Position numbers and translations under genes: made by a program. Source: Sinorhizobium meliloti (lineage in GTDB: Bacteria > Pseudomonadota > Alphaproteobacteria > Rhizobiales > Rhizobiaceae). Taken from it: DNA of 32,000 nt. The notes beneath the pieces were generated by a model, which was not told where the DNA came from, made no database searches, and saw nothing but the letters and a program-made list of their open reading frames with translations. The DNA lies in assembly GCF_017876815.1 (NCBI RefSeq), contig NZ_JAGIOS010000002.1, positions 1,590,001 to 1,622,000 of the forward strand, written 5' to 3'. This document shows, in pieces, positions 1 to 10,069 of this stretch; the first letter of the stretch is position 1, and each line of letters opens with the position of its first letter.

Positions 1-171
1 GAATATCTGCAGGGGCGCAGCGGTGACCCGATCGCTGCACGAACGGCCGCGGGAGGCGGCGGGAGCCTTCTTTCACCGACGGGTACCCACTTCAGTGCTG
101 CCGCGAGCGAGCGATCGCTGCTCCGCGGTCGGCGCTGGTGGCGACCGTTGCCGCGACGATGAGGATATGGC

Positions 172-1521
172 ATGAGCCCGATCAACGACAATGTTTCCGA
201 AATCCTCCTGGACAAGGTCGCTGACTGGCTCATGCGAACCTCGCTCAGCGACGAAACGCTTGAAACCATCGTGCGCGGTTTCTGCGAACGGTTGGCGGCG
301 GCGGGCCTGCCGCTCATGCGCGTTCATCTGTCTTTCTCGATGCTTCATCCGCTTTACGACGCCCTCGGCTTTACCTGGTGGCGAGGTCAGGGTGTCGAGG
401 TGAGTGGTCTGCGTCATGAGGAACTGGCGCTCAATCCCGAGCGATTCCTGCACAGTCCGTATTATTACCTGCTCAGCAACAATCTCGACCATGTCAGGCG
501 TCGGATCGATCCCGCCTTGCCCTCGGAGTTTCCGATTTTCGACGAGCTGAAGGAGCAGGGAGCGACCGACTACATAGCCTTCATGCAACCTCTTGGAGCC
601 GAATCCGAACACGGAATGGTCGGCTCGTGGACGACGGACCGTCAGGGCGGCTTTAGCGACGACGTCATTGCGGCGCTCCTCAGACTTCAGAACCACCTGG
701 CGATCGCCGCCAAAGTGGCCGTGCTCGGCAAGCTCGCCGACAATATGTTGACCACCTATCTTGGCGCCAATGCCGGGCGCCGCGTAATGAGCGGCCAGGT
801 CCGGCGCGGCGACGGCGAGACGGTTCGCGCAGTTCTCGTCATGGCGGATATGCGCCAGTCGACGATGCTTGCCGAAAAGGAAGGCCGGCAGGCCTATATC
901 GAGTCGTTGAACGGATTCTTCGACGCGATCGCCACGCCCTTCAACCGCAACGGCGGACAGATCCTGAGCTTCATCGGCGACGGCTTCATCGGCGTCTACC
1001 CCTGCGGCCGACACAAGGAGCCGTCGGAGATGGCCAGCCGCGAGGCGTTCGCCGCCGTGGGCGCGGCGACGGCGCGCATGGCCGCCCTCAACGCGGAACG
1101 CAAGAGGCAGGGCCGCGACCCTATCGGCTACGGCATCGCCCTGCATGTCGGAAACGTCATGTTCGGCAATGTCGGCCTGCGCGACCGGCTGACCTTCTCG
1201 GTGTTCGGCTCCGCGGTGAACGAGGTTCAGCGGCTGCAGAACCTGACGAAGAAATATGCCCACAGCGTCGTCGCGAGCGAGGCCTTCGTGAATTATTGCG
1301 GCGGGGAATGGCAAACGCTCGGGCAGGAGAAACTGCGCGGGGTTCGCCAGAAGTTCACGGTCCTCTACCCGCGGGATACCGCCCTTGCTGCAATTGCGCA
1401 GGAGCGGGCATATGATGCAACCGAGGATGGACTTTCCGAGGCGGAGCATGTCATGTTGCTCTACCGCAACAAGAAGCGGCCGCCTGGCCCGCGCGGTCTG
1501 ATCGACAAGATGCTTCAATGA
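172..1521 (+). CDS. Class III adenylate/guanylate cyclase with an uncharacterised ~210-aa N-terminal domain
   Basis: The C-terminal half carries class III cyclase hallmarks: VLVMADMRQST (first metal Asp), FIGDGFIGVYP (second metal Asp) and GIALHVGNVMFGNVG...FSVFGSAVNEVQRLQ (Asn/Arg transition-state pair). No TM segments are seen. The stop overlaps the next start (ATGA at 1518-1521). Confidence 0.85.
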   Translation: MSPINDNVSEILLDKVADWLMRTSLSDETLETIVRGFCERLAAAGLPLMRVHLSFSMLHPLYDALGFTWWRGQGVEVSGLRHEELALNPERFLHSPYYYLLSNNLDHVRRRIDPALPSEFPIFDELKEQGATDYIAFMQPLGAESEHGMVGSWTTDRQGGFSDDVIAALLRLQNHLAIAAKVAVLGKLADNMLTTYLGANAGRRVMSGQVRRGDGETVRAVLVMADMRQSTMLAEKEGRQAYIESLNGFFDAIATPFNRNGGQILSFIGDGFIGVYPCGRHKEPSEMASREAFAAVGAATARMAALNAERKRQGRDPIGYGIALHVGNVMFGNVGLRDRLTFSVFGSAVNEVQRLQNLTKKYAHSVVASEAFVNYCGGEWQTLGQEKLRGVRQKFTVLYPRDTALAAIAQERAYDATEDGLSEAEHVMLLYRNKKRPPGPRGLIDKMLQ

Positions 1522-2498
1522 GGGGACCGATGTTTCGAATAGCTCTGCTGGCGGCGGCGATTGCCTTGCCGAGTCTCACCTATGCCCAGTCGGCGGACGA
1601 GCCGCCAATTTATGAACGGAGATTGTTCGACGGTTTCGAGGGTACGGATTTCGCGCCCGAAGGGGGACTCTACTACCGCGAGAATTTCGAGCAGAGCGCC
1701 GGCAGATACGAGTTCCAGAGCGCCGTCAAGCGCACCGGCAATGGTGGGCTGAAGCTCAGCATCGTGCCGAATTGCCCTGCGGATCACGACGGCTGCAGCG
1801 AACGCGCGGAGATCTGGGAAAAGACCGAGCTGCGGGTGCCCTACGACAAAGGGGTCTGGTACGGCTTCTCGGTAAAGTTCGCCGATCCGGTGCCGAGCGA
1901 CGACCACCGCTATCTCATCGCGCAGTGGAAGCGAGAGATCGATCCCGGTGCCGAGGGCGACTTCAGCCCCTTCCTGGCGCTGCGCATGAATTCTGGAAAG
2001 CTCTTCGCCACGGTCGAAACCAACCATCTGCCTCCGGTCTCCGCCGGCCTTGATGGCGTACCGGCGCGTTGCGCCCCAGGCCAGGCGCCGGTCTGGCTCC
2101 GTCCGGAAGTCAACCAGATGCGCATGCTGGTGGCGACCGACGGCAACTGGAAGCCGGAAGACGGCAACCTCTTCAATGCATGCACGGACGGGATCACAAT
2201 CACCAACCATGGCAATCCCCTGCCGGATCCGAGGTCCGGCTGGATCGATTTCGTCGTCTTCACGAAGCCCGGTCCCGACGGCTCGGGCCACATAGTGCTC
2301 TTTGCCAACGGCCAGCCGATCATCACCGTCAAGGGCCATGTAGGCCATGCGGACAAGGGCCTCGGTGAGAACCAGTACTTCAAGTTCGGACCTTATCGGG
2401 CCGCCGACACGACCGATTGGACGCTCTATTACGACGATTTCCGGCGTTCCCCGCGCTGCGAGGACGTCCTGACCAACGGCAGCTGCCCGTTCTCGTAA
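1518..2498 (+). CDS. Secreted ConA-like/polysaccharide-lyase-like protein (PF14099-type pattern, function tentative)
   Basis: Sec signal peptide MFRIALLAAAIALPSLTYAQS. SERAEIWEK...VWYGFSVKF...HRYLIAQWK...PFLALRMNSGKLFATVE resembles the RxE / hQW / beta-sandwich pattern of the polysaccharide lyase family. Coding status is strong; the product call is moderate. Confidence 0.6.
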   Translation: MRGPMFRIALLAAAIALPSLTYAQSADEPPIYERRLFDGFEGTDFAPEGGLYYRENFEQSAGRYEFQSAVKRTGNGGLKLSIVPNCPADHDGCSERAEIWEKTELRVPYDKGVWYGFSVKFADPVPSDDHRYLIAQWKREIDPGAEGDFSPFLALRMNSGKLFATVETNHLPPVSAGLDGVPARCAPGQAPVWLRPEVNQMRMLVATDGNWKPEDGNLFNACTDGITITNHGNPLPDPRSGWIDFVVFTKPGPDGSGHIVLFANGQPIITVKGHVGHADKGLGENQYFKFGPYRAADTTDWTLYYDDFRRSPRCEDVLTNGSCPFS

Positions 2499-2806
2499 GG
2501 CCGTTTCGACGCGTCCACACCTTTCCGGTGGCATGCTGGACAGCCCGTTTAACCTAGGCTACTGTTTTTGAGTGGCAAAAAGTTACAGTGCGTCCGGCGG
2601 GGCGGGCAACTTCGCTGTAAGCAATTGCATGTTCCCGTTGATCCTAGCTGATTAAAGGGCAAAAACATGCGGCGCTAAAAGGGTGGAGCGAGCTTTGCGC
2701 GCCTGATCAGACGCGCGGCGCTGCGGGAAGTGGCTGCATGATTTTATTTTGGGGGCGGCCTCGAGTTGGGATTGTGCAGGAGGGGTATTGAGGGAAGCGT
2801 GCTGCG

Positions 2807-4699
2807 ATGACGTCAGGAGCGGACCTGCTGCGAGTTGAGGGTCTGCGGATCACATTCTCGGTGCTGGGCGGCGAGGTTGAAGCCGTTCGAGGCGCGAATT
2901 TCAGAATTCTGCCCGGAAGGGTGACCGCGCTCGTCGGGGAGTCCGGCTCCGGCAAGTCGGCGATCAGCCAGGCGATCATGGGCATCCTGCCGAGCGTGGC
3001 AAGCGTCGGCGGCCGGGTGTTGTTCAACGATCCCGAAGCCGAGGCAAACCCCGTCGACCTGCTTTCGCTTGACAGGGACGGGCGCGACATCCAGGAGATC
3101 CGCGGCGCACGCATCAGCAAGATCTTCCAGGAACCGATGACATCGCTGTCGCCGCTTCACACGATCGGCAACCAGATCTCCGAAGTGCTGAAGATCCATA
3201 CGGATGCCGACAAGGCTGGGCGCCGCGAGAGGACGGAGGAACTGCTCGGCTATGTCGGGTTTTCCGATCCGAAGCGGGCATACGACATGTATCCCTTCGA
3301 ACTTTCCGGCGGCATGCGACAGCGCGCGATGATCGCCATGGCGCTGATCTGCCGTCCGGCCCTGCTCATCGCGGACGAACCGACGACGGCACTCGACGTG
3401 ACGGTTCAGGCGCAGATATTGCAGCTCCTGCGCGAGCTTCAAAGCAAGCTCAACATGGCCATGCTTCTGATCACCCACGATCTCGGGGTCGTTGCCAACA
3501 TGGCCGACGAGGTGGTCGTTATCTACCATGGCGAGATCGTCGAGGCCGGACCTGTGGATGCGATCTTCCGCAATCCTCGGCACCCCTATCTCAAGGGTTT
3601 GATGGCTGCCGTGCCGCACTTCGACATGAAACCGGGCGAGCGGCTGAAGGCGCTGCGCGAGGTGCCGGTCAAGGCCGGCGCGATCGTCGGCGACCGGGAA
3701 GTCAAGAAAGCGGCGGGTCCCAATGTCCTCGTGTCCGTCCGCAACCTTTCAAAGACGTTCTCCACGCGCAGCTCCGGCTGGTTCGGCAGCGGCACGGCAT
3801 ATCGGCATCGCGCTGTCGACAATGTCAGCTTCGACATCCGCCGCGGTGAATGCCTCGGGCTCGTCGGTGAAAGCGGCTGCGGCAAGACGACCGTAAGCAA
3901 GATCCTGATGCGGGCGGTGACGCCTGACAAGGGGACGATCACATTCGACGACGGGGAGGGTGCGCTCGACGTCCTGAAGCTCGACGGCGGGGAACTCAAG
4001 ACGTTGCGGGCCAAGATCCAGATGGTCTTCCAGGATCCCGTCTCGTCTCTTTCGCCGCGCATGACCGTGAAGAACATCCTCAGCGAGCCGCTGGAGATTC
4101 ACGGACGAGGGACGCCGAAATCGCGTGAGGAACACGTTCGCTCCCTTTTGCAGGCGGTCGGTCTCGACCAGCGCTTCATCAATCGCTATCCCCACAGCTT
4201 CTCCGGCGGCCAAAGGCAGCGCATCGGGATCGCCCGGGCGCTCGCGCTCGTGCCGCAGCTTCTCATCTGCGATGAACCCGTTTCTGCGCTCGATGTTTCG
4301 GTGCAGGCACAGATCCTGAACCTTCTCAAGGACTTGCAGAAAGAGCTCGGCCTGACGATGCTGTTCATCTCGCACAACCTCGCGGTCGTCGACTACATGG
4401 CCGACCGGATCGCGGTCATGTGCGCAGGCCGGATCGTGGAGCTGGCGCCGCGTGAGGTGCTGATGCGCAATCCGGTCCACCCGTACACGAGGTCGCTCCT
4501 CGCCGCCGTTCCCTATCCCGATCTCGACCGTAAGCTCGACTTCGATTCCCTTCAGGCGAGCGGCGGATCGGACCAGCAGCGCTGGGGTGCGCAATTCTCC
4601 GACGGCGGCGAGAACGGTGCTCTTATTCCCGCCGATCTCGGCGGCGGGCATTATGTCCTCGCCCGCAGATCGGTGGATGCCAGGGAGTTACGCCGATGA
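2807..4699 (+). CDS. Fused double-ATPase subunit of a peptide/nickel-type ABC importer (DppD-DppF / YejF-like)
   Basis: Two complete NBDs: GESGSGKS...LSGGMRQR...[12 protein letters not shown] and GESGCGKT...FSGGQRQR...[21 protein letters not shown] Shine-Dalgarno sits about 10 nt upstream of the ATG at 2807. Confidence 0.9.
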   Translation: MTSGADLLRVEGLRITFSVLGGEVEAVRGANFRILPGRVTALVGESGSGKSAISQAIMGILPSVASVGGRVLFNDPEAEANPVDLLSLDRDGRDIQEIRGARISKIFQEPMTSLSPLHTIGNQISEVLKIHTDADKAGRRERTEELLGYVGFSDPKRAYDMYPFELSGGMRQRAMIAMALICRPALLIADEPTTALDVTVQAQILQLLRELQSKLNMAMLLITHDLGVVANMADEVVVIYHGEIVEAGPVDAIFRNPRHPYLKGLMAAVPHFDMKPGERLKALREVPVKAGAIVGDREVKKAAGPNVLVSVRNLSKTFSTRSSGWFGSGTAYRHRAVDNVSFDIRRGECLGLVGESGCGKTTVSKILMRAVTPDKGTITFDDGEGALDVLKLDGGELKTLRAKIQMVFQDPVSSLSPRMTVKNILSEPLEIHGRGTPKSREEHVRSLLQAVGLDQRFINRYPHSFSGGQRQRIGIARALALVPQLLICDEPVSALDVSVQAQILNLLKDLQKELGLTMLFISHNLAVVDYMADRIAVMCAGRIVELAPREVLMRNPVHPYTRSLLAAVPYPDLDRKLDFDSLQASGGSDQQRWGAQFSDGGENGALIPADLGGGHYVLARRSVDARELRR

Positions 4700-6597
4700 T
4701 CACCCGAAGAACTGCGCTTGGCATTCTCGCTTCGGCTGCATTTCCGAAAGCGATGCTCGCGGCCGCGGGCGGAACCGACGCGCTCGCCACCCTCGTTCAG
4801 GAAGGCAAGCTTCCGCCGGTCGGCGAACGATTGCCGAAGACGCCGCGGGTGATCGATGTCGCGGCGATGGGACGCAAGCCCGGCCGACACGGCGGCACGA
4901 TCCGCAGCCTGATCGGCAGTGCGAAGGACATTCGCCTGATGACGATCTACGGCTATACCCGCCTGGTCGGCTACGACGAGAAGCTCAATCTCCAGCCCGA
5001 CATTCTCGAAAGCTACGAGACGGTCGAGGATCGTATCTTCACCTTCCATCTGCGCGAGGGCCACAAGTGGTCGGACGGCACGCCGTTGACGGCCGAGGAC
5101 TTCCGCTACTGCTTCGAAGACGTGCTCCTCAACGAGGATCTGTCCCCGGCCGGCCTGCCGCCCGCGATGGTCATGGACGGACAGGCGGCTAAGTTCGAAA
5201 TCGTCGACGAGCGAACGGTTCGCTATTCCTGGCCGATGCCGAACCCGGTTTTCCTGCAGGAACTCGCCGCGCCGCAGCCGCTGGTCGTCGTCATGCCTTC
5301 GGCCTATCTCAAGCAGTTCCACACGAAATATCAGGATGAGGACAAGCTGAAAGCGTTCCTGAAGGAGCAGCGGGTCAAAAGGTGGAGCCAGCTCCACATG
5401 CGCATGGCGCGCTCCTACCGGCCCGAAAATCCGGATCTGCCGACCCTCGACCCGTGGCGCAACACCACGCCCCTGCCGGCCGAACAGTTCGTCTTCGAAC
5501 GCAACCCCTACTACCACCGGGTGGACGAAAACGGCTTGCAATTGCCTTATATCGACCGATTCGTGCTCAGCGTCAGTTCGTCCTCACTCATTCCGGCAAA
5601 GACCGGCACGGGCGAAAGCGACCTGCAGGCATATGGGATCGATTTCGTCGACTATACCTATCTCAAAGATGCGGAGAAGCGGCACCCGGTCGAGGTGAAG
5701 CTCTGGAAAAAGACTTCGGGATCACGCCTGGCGCTGCTGCCGAACCTCAACTCTGCCGACCCGGTGTGGCGGCCGCTGCTCAGGGACGTGCGCGTCCGTC
5801 GTGCGCTGTCGCTTGCAATCGACCGTCGCGAGATCAACATGGCGGCCTTTTATGGGCTGACGAAGGAAAGCGCCGACACGGTGCTGCCTGAAAGTCCTCT
5901 CTTCCGGCCCGAATTCGCAAGTGCCTGGATCGCCCATGATCCGGACCAGGCGAACGCACTGCTCGACGCGGCTGGGCTGGCCAAGCGCGGCAGCGACGGG
6001 ATCCGTATTCTTCCCGACGGCCGAAAGGCGCAGATCGTGGTGGAGACGGCCGGCGAAAGCACGCTCGATACCGATGTGCTTCAGCTCATAACCGATTACT
6101 GGCGCGAGGTCGGCATTTCGCTCTTCATTCGCACCTCGCAGCGGGATACCTTCCGCAGCCGCGCGGTCGGCGGCGAGATAATCATGTCGATGTGGTTCGG
6201 CCTCGACAACGGCGTGCCGACCGCGGACATGAGCCCCGGTCAGCTTGCACCGACCACGGACGACCAGCTGCAGTGGCCCGTCTGGGGATTGAACTATATG
6301 TCGCATGGCGAAATGGGCGAGGCGCCCGACCTTCCCCCGGTCGTCGAGCTCCTGGACCTGCTAAAGCGCTGGAGGCATTCCGCGGACGATGCCGAGCGTG
6401 CGGACATCTGGAGACAGATGTTGTCCATCTACACGGACCAGGTCTTCTCGATCGGGTTGGTCAACAGCTCGCTGCAGCCGATCCTCGTCACGAAGAAGCT
6501 GCGCAATTTCCCCGATGAGGGGCTGTACGGTTTCGACCCGACGAGCTACCTCGGCGCCTACAAGCCCGACACCTTCTGGCTGGAACAGGACGACTGA
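4696..6597 (+). CDS. Family-5 (peptide/nickel/opine type) periplasmic substrate-binding protein, large 633-aa form
   Basis: Signal-like N-terminus [26 protein letters not shown]. Length and sequence style fit SBP_bac_5. ATGA overlap with the ATPase gene at 4696-4699. Confidence 0.88.
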   Translation: MITRRTALGILASAAFPKAMLAAAGGTDALATLVQEGKLPPVGERLPKTPRVIDVAAMGRKPGRHGGTIRSLIGSAKDIRLMTIYGYTRLVGYDEKLNLQPDILESYETVEDRIFTFHLREGHKWSDGTPLTAEDFRYCFEDVLLNEDLSPAGLPPAMVMDGQAAKFEIVDERTVRYSWPMPNPVFLQELAAPQPLVVVMPSAYLKQFHTKYQDEDKLKAFLKEQRVKRWSQLHMRMARSYRPENPDLPTLDPWRNTTPLPAEQFVFERNPYYHRVDENGLQLPYIDRFVLSVSSSSLIPAKTGTGESDLQAYGIDFVDYTYLKDAEKRHPVEVKLWKKTSGSRLALLPNLNSADPVWRPLLRDVRVRRALSLAIDRREINMAAFYGLTKESADTVLPESPLFRPEFASAWIAHDPDQANALLDAAGLAKRGSDGIRILPDGRKAQIVVETAGESTLDTDVLQLITDYWREVGISLFIRTSQRDTFRSRAVGGEIIMSMWFGLDNGVPTADMSPGQLAPTTDDQLQWPVWGLNYMSHGEMGEAPDLPPVVELLDLLKRWRHSADDAERADIWRQMLSIYTDQVFSIGLVNSSLQPILVTKKLRNFPDEGLYGFDPTSYLGAYKPDTFWLEQDD

Positions 6598-6598
6598 G

Positions 6599-7597
6599 AT
6601 GCTGCGGTACATTCTCTGGCGCATCGCAGTCATGGTCCCGACGCTTCTCATCATCTCGGCGCTCGTGTTCGCCATCATCGAGCTGCCCCCCGGCGACTAT
6701 TTCGAAAGCTACATCGCCGAGATCAGGGCGCAGGGCGAAGGCGTCAATATGGAACAGATCGAGGCGCTGCGTAAGCAGTATGGCTTCGACCAGCCGCCGA
6801 TCCTGCGCTATGTCCACTGGGTCGCGGGGATGCTCCAGGGCGATTTCGGCTATTCCTTCGAATATGAATTGCCGGTGAGCGAGGTCGTCGGCGAGCGCCT
6901 GTGGCTCACGGTCCTGGTCTCCTTCGTCACCATCATCTTCACCTGGGTCATCGCCTTTCCGATTGGCCTCTATGCCGCCACGCACCAGTACAGCTGGGGC
7001 GATTACGGCCTGTCGCTGATCGGACTCATCGGCATCGCGATCCCGAATTTCATGCTGGCCCTCGTCCTCATGTATTTCGCCAATATCTGGTTCGGAACCT
7101 CGATCGGCCATTTGATGGACCAGAAGTATCTTTCCGAGCCGATGAGCTGGGAAAAGGCGAAGTCGATACTGGAGCATATCTGGATCCCGGTCATCATCGT
7201 CGGCGCGGCCGGTACTGCCGGCATGATCCGGCGCCTCAGGGCCAATCTGCTCGACGAGCTCCAGAAGCAATATGTCGTGACCGCCCGCGCCAAGGGGCTT
7301 TCGCCCACGCGGACCCTGCTCAAATATCCGCTGCGCATGGCGCTCAATTTCTTCATTTCGGACATCGGCTCGATCCTGCCGGCGATCATTTCGGGCGCGG
7401 AAATCACGGCAATCGTGCTGTCCCTCGAAACCACCGGACCGATGCTGATCAAGGCACTGCAGAGCCAGGACATGTATCTAGCCGGTTCGTTCCTGATGTT
7501 CCTCGCGTTCCTCACGGTGATCGGAGTGCTGGTTTCCGATCTGGCGCTCGCCGTCCTCGATCCTCGAATTCGTCTGCAAGGCAGGAGCACAAAGTGA
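6599..7597 (+). CDS. ABC importer permease (DppB/YejB-like)
   Basis: The ATG at 6599 lies 2 nt after the SBP stop and gives MLRYILWRIAVMVPTLLIISALVF, a typical DppB-type N-terminus. The EAA-loop region is YVVTARAKGLSPTRTLLKYPLRMAL. The upstream extension to 6389 overlaps the SBP gene and was not used. Confidence 0.88.
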   Translation: MLRYILWRIAVMVPTLLIISALVFAIIELPPGDYFESYIAEIRAQGEGVNMEQIEALRKQYGFDQPPILRYVHWVAGMLQGDFGYSFEYELPVSEVVGERLWLTVLVSFVTIIFTWVIAFPIGLYAATHQYSWGDYGLSLIGLIGIAIPNFMLALVLMYFANIWFGTSIGHLMDQKYLSEPMSWEKAKSILEHIWIPVIIVGAAGTAGMIRRLRANLLDELQKQYVVTARAKGLSPTRTLLKYPLRMALNFFISDIGSILPAIISGAEITAIVLSLETTGPMLIKALQSQDMYLAGSFLMFLAFLTVIGVLVSDLALAVLDPRIRLQGRSTK

Positions 7598-8769
7598 CGT
7601 CACCGATCCCGGCGCCCGGCGAGCCCCTTCCGCACTACGTTTCGACCGCGCCCTTCGACCCGTATTCCGTGGAGGTCATGACCGAGGAGCAGGTGCGGGT
7701 GAACCAGGCATCACAGCTGCGCCTGATGTGGTGGAAGTTCAAGCGCCACAAGGTCGCGCTCGCCTCGGGCATCTTCCTCGCGGTGCTCTACGGCATGATC
7801 CTGATCTGCGAGTTTCTCGCGCCCTACGACCTGCACACGCGCAATGTCGATTTCATCTATGCGCCGCCGCAGAGGATTCACTTTTTCCACGAGGGTGAAT
7901 TCGTCGGCCCCTTCGTCTACGGCCGGACGATGACGCTGGACATGGACACGCTGAAGCGCAACTACGCGGACGATACGTCGAAGGTCGAGCCGATCCGGTT
8001 CTTCTGCCGCGGCGACGACTACCGTTTTTGGGGTTTGTTCGAAAGCAATCTGCATCTGGTTTGCCCGGCGGAGGGAGGGCAGCTTTTCCTCCTGGGCACG
8101 GACCGTCTCGGCCGCGACGTGCTGTCGCGGATCATCTACGGCGCGCGGATATCGCTGACGATCGGACTTCTCGGCATCACCGTCAGCTTCGTTCTCGGCA
8201 TCGTCATCGGCGGGCTTGCCGGATATCATGGCGGGATCTTCGACCTTGTGGTCCAGAGACTGATCGAAGTCCTGCAGTCGATACCGAGCATTCCGCTCTG
8301 GCTTTCTCTGGCGGCGATCATGCCGGCGACATGGAGCCCGCTTCTCATCTATCTGGGTATAACGGTCATCCTAGGCCTTCTCGACTGGACCGGCCTTGCG
8401 CGCGCCGTGCGCTCGAAGCTGCTCGCGCTCAGGGAGGAAGACTATGTCCTTGCGGCGCAGCTGATGGGCGCCAGAAGCGGACGCATCATAGGGCGACACC
8501 TCGTTCCGGGCTTCATGTCCCATCTCATCGCAACGGCAACGATCTCCATACCCGGCATGATCCTCGGAGAAACGGCGTTGAGCTTCCTCGGCCTCGGCCT
8601 GCGCCCTCCGATAACCAGCTGGGGAATCCTGCTCACCGAGGCAAAGAGCGTCAGCGTCATTGCCTTCTATCCTTGGCTGCTTTTCCCCACGATCCCGGTC
8701 ATTCTTGTGATATTGGCGTTCAACTTCCTGGGAGACGGGTTGCGCGACGCCGCCGATCCCTACAAATAA
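7594..8769 (+). CDS. ABC importer permease (DppC/YejE-like) with a ~90-aa N-terminal extension
   Basis: The GTG at 7594 overlaps the previous stop (GTGA). Motifs seen: LGTDRLGRDVLSRIIYGARISL and EEDYVLAAQLMGARSGRIIGRHLVP. The upstream part of ORF 6901-8769 lies inside the preceding permease gene and is Arg/Pro-rich junk. Confidence 0.85.
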   Translation: MTSPIPAPGEPLPHYVSTAPFDPYSVEVMTEEQVRVNQASQLRLMWWKFKRHKVALASGIFLAVLYGMILICEFLAPYDLHTRNVDFIYAPPQRIHFFHEGEFVGPFVYGRTMTLDMDTLKRNYADDTSKVEPIRFFCRGDDYRFWGLFESNLHLVCPAEGGQLFLLGTDRLGRDVLSRIIYGARISLTIGLLGITVSFVLGIVIGGLAGYHGGIFDLVVQRLIEVLQSIPSIPLWLSLAAIMPATWSPLLIYLGITVILGLLDWTGLARAVRSKLLALREEDYVLAAQLMGARSGRIIGRHLVPGFMSHLIATATISIPGMILGETALSFLGLGLRPPITSWGILLTEAKSVSVIAFYPWLLFPTIPVILVILAFNFLGDGLRDAADPYK

Positions 8770-8848
8770 GCCCCGGTATCGCTGTTGGCTGCAAGCGATC
8801 GCTGCAATAGACTTCGACGTTTCTATCTTTGAGCGAAAGGTTTTTCGT

Positions 8849-10063
8849 ATGACACGGCGCTTCGAGGATGCCCGCATCCTCATGTACAGCCACGATACCT
8901 TCGGGCTCGGCCATCTCAGACGTTGTCGCGCCATCGCCCATGCACTGGTGGAAGATTACAGCGGACTGCAGATCCTGATCATCTCCGGTGCGACCATCGC
9001 CGGCGCCTTCGATTATCGCGCGCGCGTCGACTTCGTGAAGATCCCGAGCGTCATAAAGCTCCGAAACGGCGAATATACCTCGCTGGACCGTCACATCGAG
9101 TTGCACGAGACCTTGAAAATGCGGCAGTCGATCATCCGTTCGACAGCGGAAACCTTCCGGCCGGATATTTTCGTCGTCGACAAGGAGCCGATGGGTCTGC
9201 GCGGCGAGGTAGAGGATACGCTCGCCTACCTGAAGACGCACGGCACCAGGCTGGTGCTTGGTCTGAGGGAAATCATGGACGCGCCGTACCTCCTTGAAGA
9301 GGAATGGAAGCGACGCGACACGATGCGCAAGATCGAGCAGTTCTACGATTCGATCTGGGTCTACGGACCGCCGGACTTCTACGATCCGCTGGTCGGGCTC
9401 GACGTGCCCGTTGCCGTGCGCGACCGCATGAACTTCGTCGGATTCCTGCAAAGAAGCGTTCCCAACGACGCACTGCCCGGCCATAAGCCGGAAGGCGACT
9501 ACATACTGGTCACCACCGGCGGCGGTGGTGACGGAGCGGACCTCATCCATGACGTGATCCACGCCTATCAGGAGGATCCCGAACTCACGCATAACGCGCT
9601 CGTCGTCCTCGGCCCCTACATGCCGGCAAAGCAGCGCAACAAGCTGATCAAGAAGGGAAGCAAGATCCCATTCATCAAGATAATCGAGTTCGACAATCGC
9701 ATGGAGGAACTGATAGCCGGCGCCAGGGGCGTGGTGTCGATGGGCGGCTACAACACCTATTGCGAGATACTCTCTTTCGACAAGCCCGCCCTGATCGTGC
9801 CGCGCCTTCAGCCACGCGAAGAACAATTGATCCGCGCCCAGCGTGCCTCGGCACTCGGGCTCGTCGACATGCTGCTTCCTCAGGAAGCGGAGGAGCCGTT
9901 GCGCCTTGCTGCGGCCCTGAAGGCGCTGCCGCAGCGCGCGCCTCCGTCGCTCCGCGCCAATGGCCTGAGGCTGGAAGGCCTCGTCCACATATCCGAGATC
10001 GTCGGCGAATGGCTCGATCATAGATCGAAAGAGCATTTGGCCGTCGTGAAAAGATCGAACTGA
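8849..10063 (+). CDS. GT-B fold glycosyltransferase (COG4671-like / GT28 C-terminal-domain type), paralog A
   Basis: N-terminal ILMYSHDTFGLGHLRRCRAIAHAL (GxGH nucleotide-sugar GT-B motif), mid TTGGGGDG, and C-terminal SMGGYNTYCEILSFDKPALIVP...REEQLIRA (MurG/GT1-like donor-binding region). A GAAAGG Shine-Dalgarno sits 8 nt upstream. Confidence 0.75.
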   Translation: MTRRFEDARILMYSHDTFGLGHLRRCRAIAHALVEDYSGLQILIISGATIAGAFDYRARVDFVKIPSVIKLRNGEYTSLDRHIELHETLKMRQSIIRSTAETFRPDIFVVDKEPMGLRGEVEDTLAYLKTHGTRLVLGLREIMDAPYLLEEEWKRRDTMRKIEQFYDSIWVYGPPDFYDPLVGLDVPVAVRDRMNFVGFLQRSVPNDALPGHKPEGDYILVTTGGGGDGADLIHDVIHAYQEDPELTHNALVVLGPYMPAKQRNKLIKKGSKIPFIKIIEFDNRMEELIAGARGVVSMGGYNTYCEILSFDKPALIVPRLQPREEQLIRAQRASALGLVDMLLPQEAEEPLRLAAALKALPQRAPPSLRANGLRLEGLVHISEIVGEWLDHRSKEHLAVVKRSN

Positions 10064-10069
10064 AGACAC

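Noticed and set aside
800-1260. An attempt to infer cAMP versus cGMP specificity of the cyclase from the residues preceding the GDG motif and the xVN motif.
   Set aside because: Placing the specificity-determining positions needs a proper structural alignment. By-eye placement is ambiguous, so no claim is made about the nucleotide product.
73-1518. 481-aa minus-strand ORF antisense to the cyclase gene. Similar long antisense ORFs occur at 1515-2534, 2813-3619, 3749-4651, 4651-5541, 8720-10273, 10376-11260, 11272-12465, 13405-15273, 15292-16218, 16392-17558, 21402-22250, 22296-23600, 23828-24841 and 27319-28236.
   Set aside because: Each lies fully opposite a gene with clear family motifs. 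Their translations are Arg/Ala/Gly/Pro-rich with no recognisable domain. Stop-poor antisense frames are expected in high-GC DNA, so I treat them as shadow ORFs.
6389-6598. N-terminal extensions offered by the ORF track for several genes: 6389 and 6901 for the two permeases, 18092 for the PotD-like SBP, 19788 for the PotB-like permease, 27349 for the purine permease and 29007 for DUF2442.
   Set aside because: The extensions overlap the preceding well-supported gene or read as low-complexity Arg/Pro sequence. Internal starts give canonical N-termini (signal peptide, first TM helix, family-typical MFERLF...) with Shine-Dalgarno sequences or stop/start overlaps.
8770-8848. AGCGATCGCT 10-bp palindrome between the importer and the first GT gene, considered as a possible regulatory site or terminator.
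   Set aside because: It is a short GC-rich palindrome with no loop or T-tract and occurs only once. It is not distinguishable from chance in this composition.
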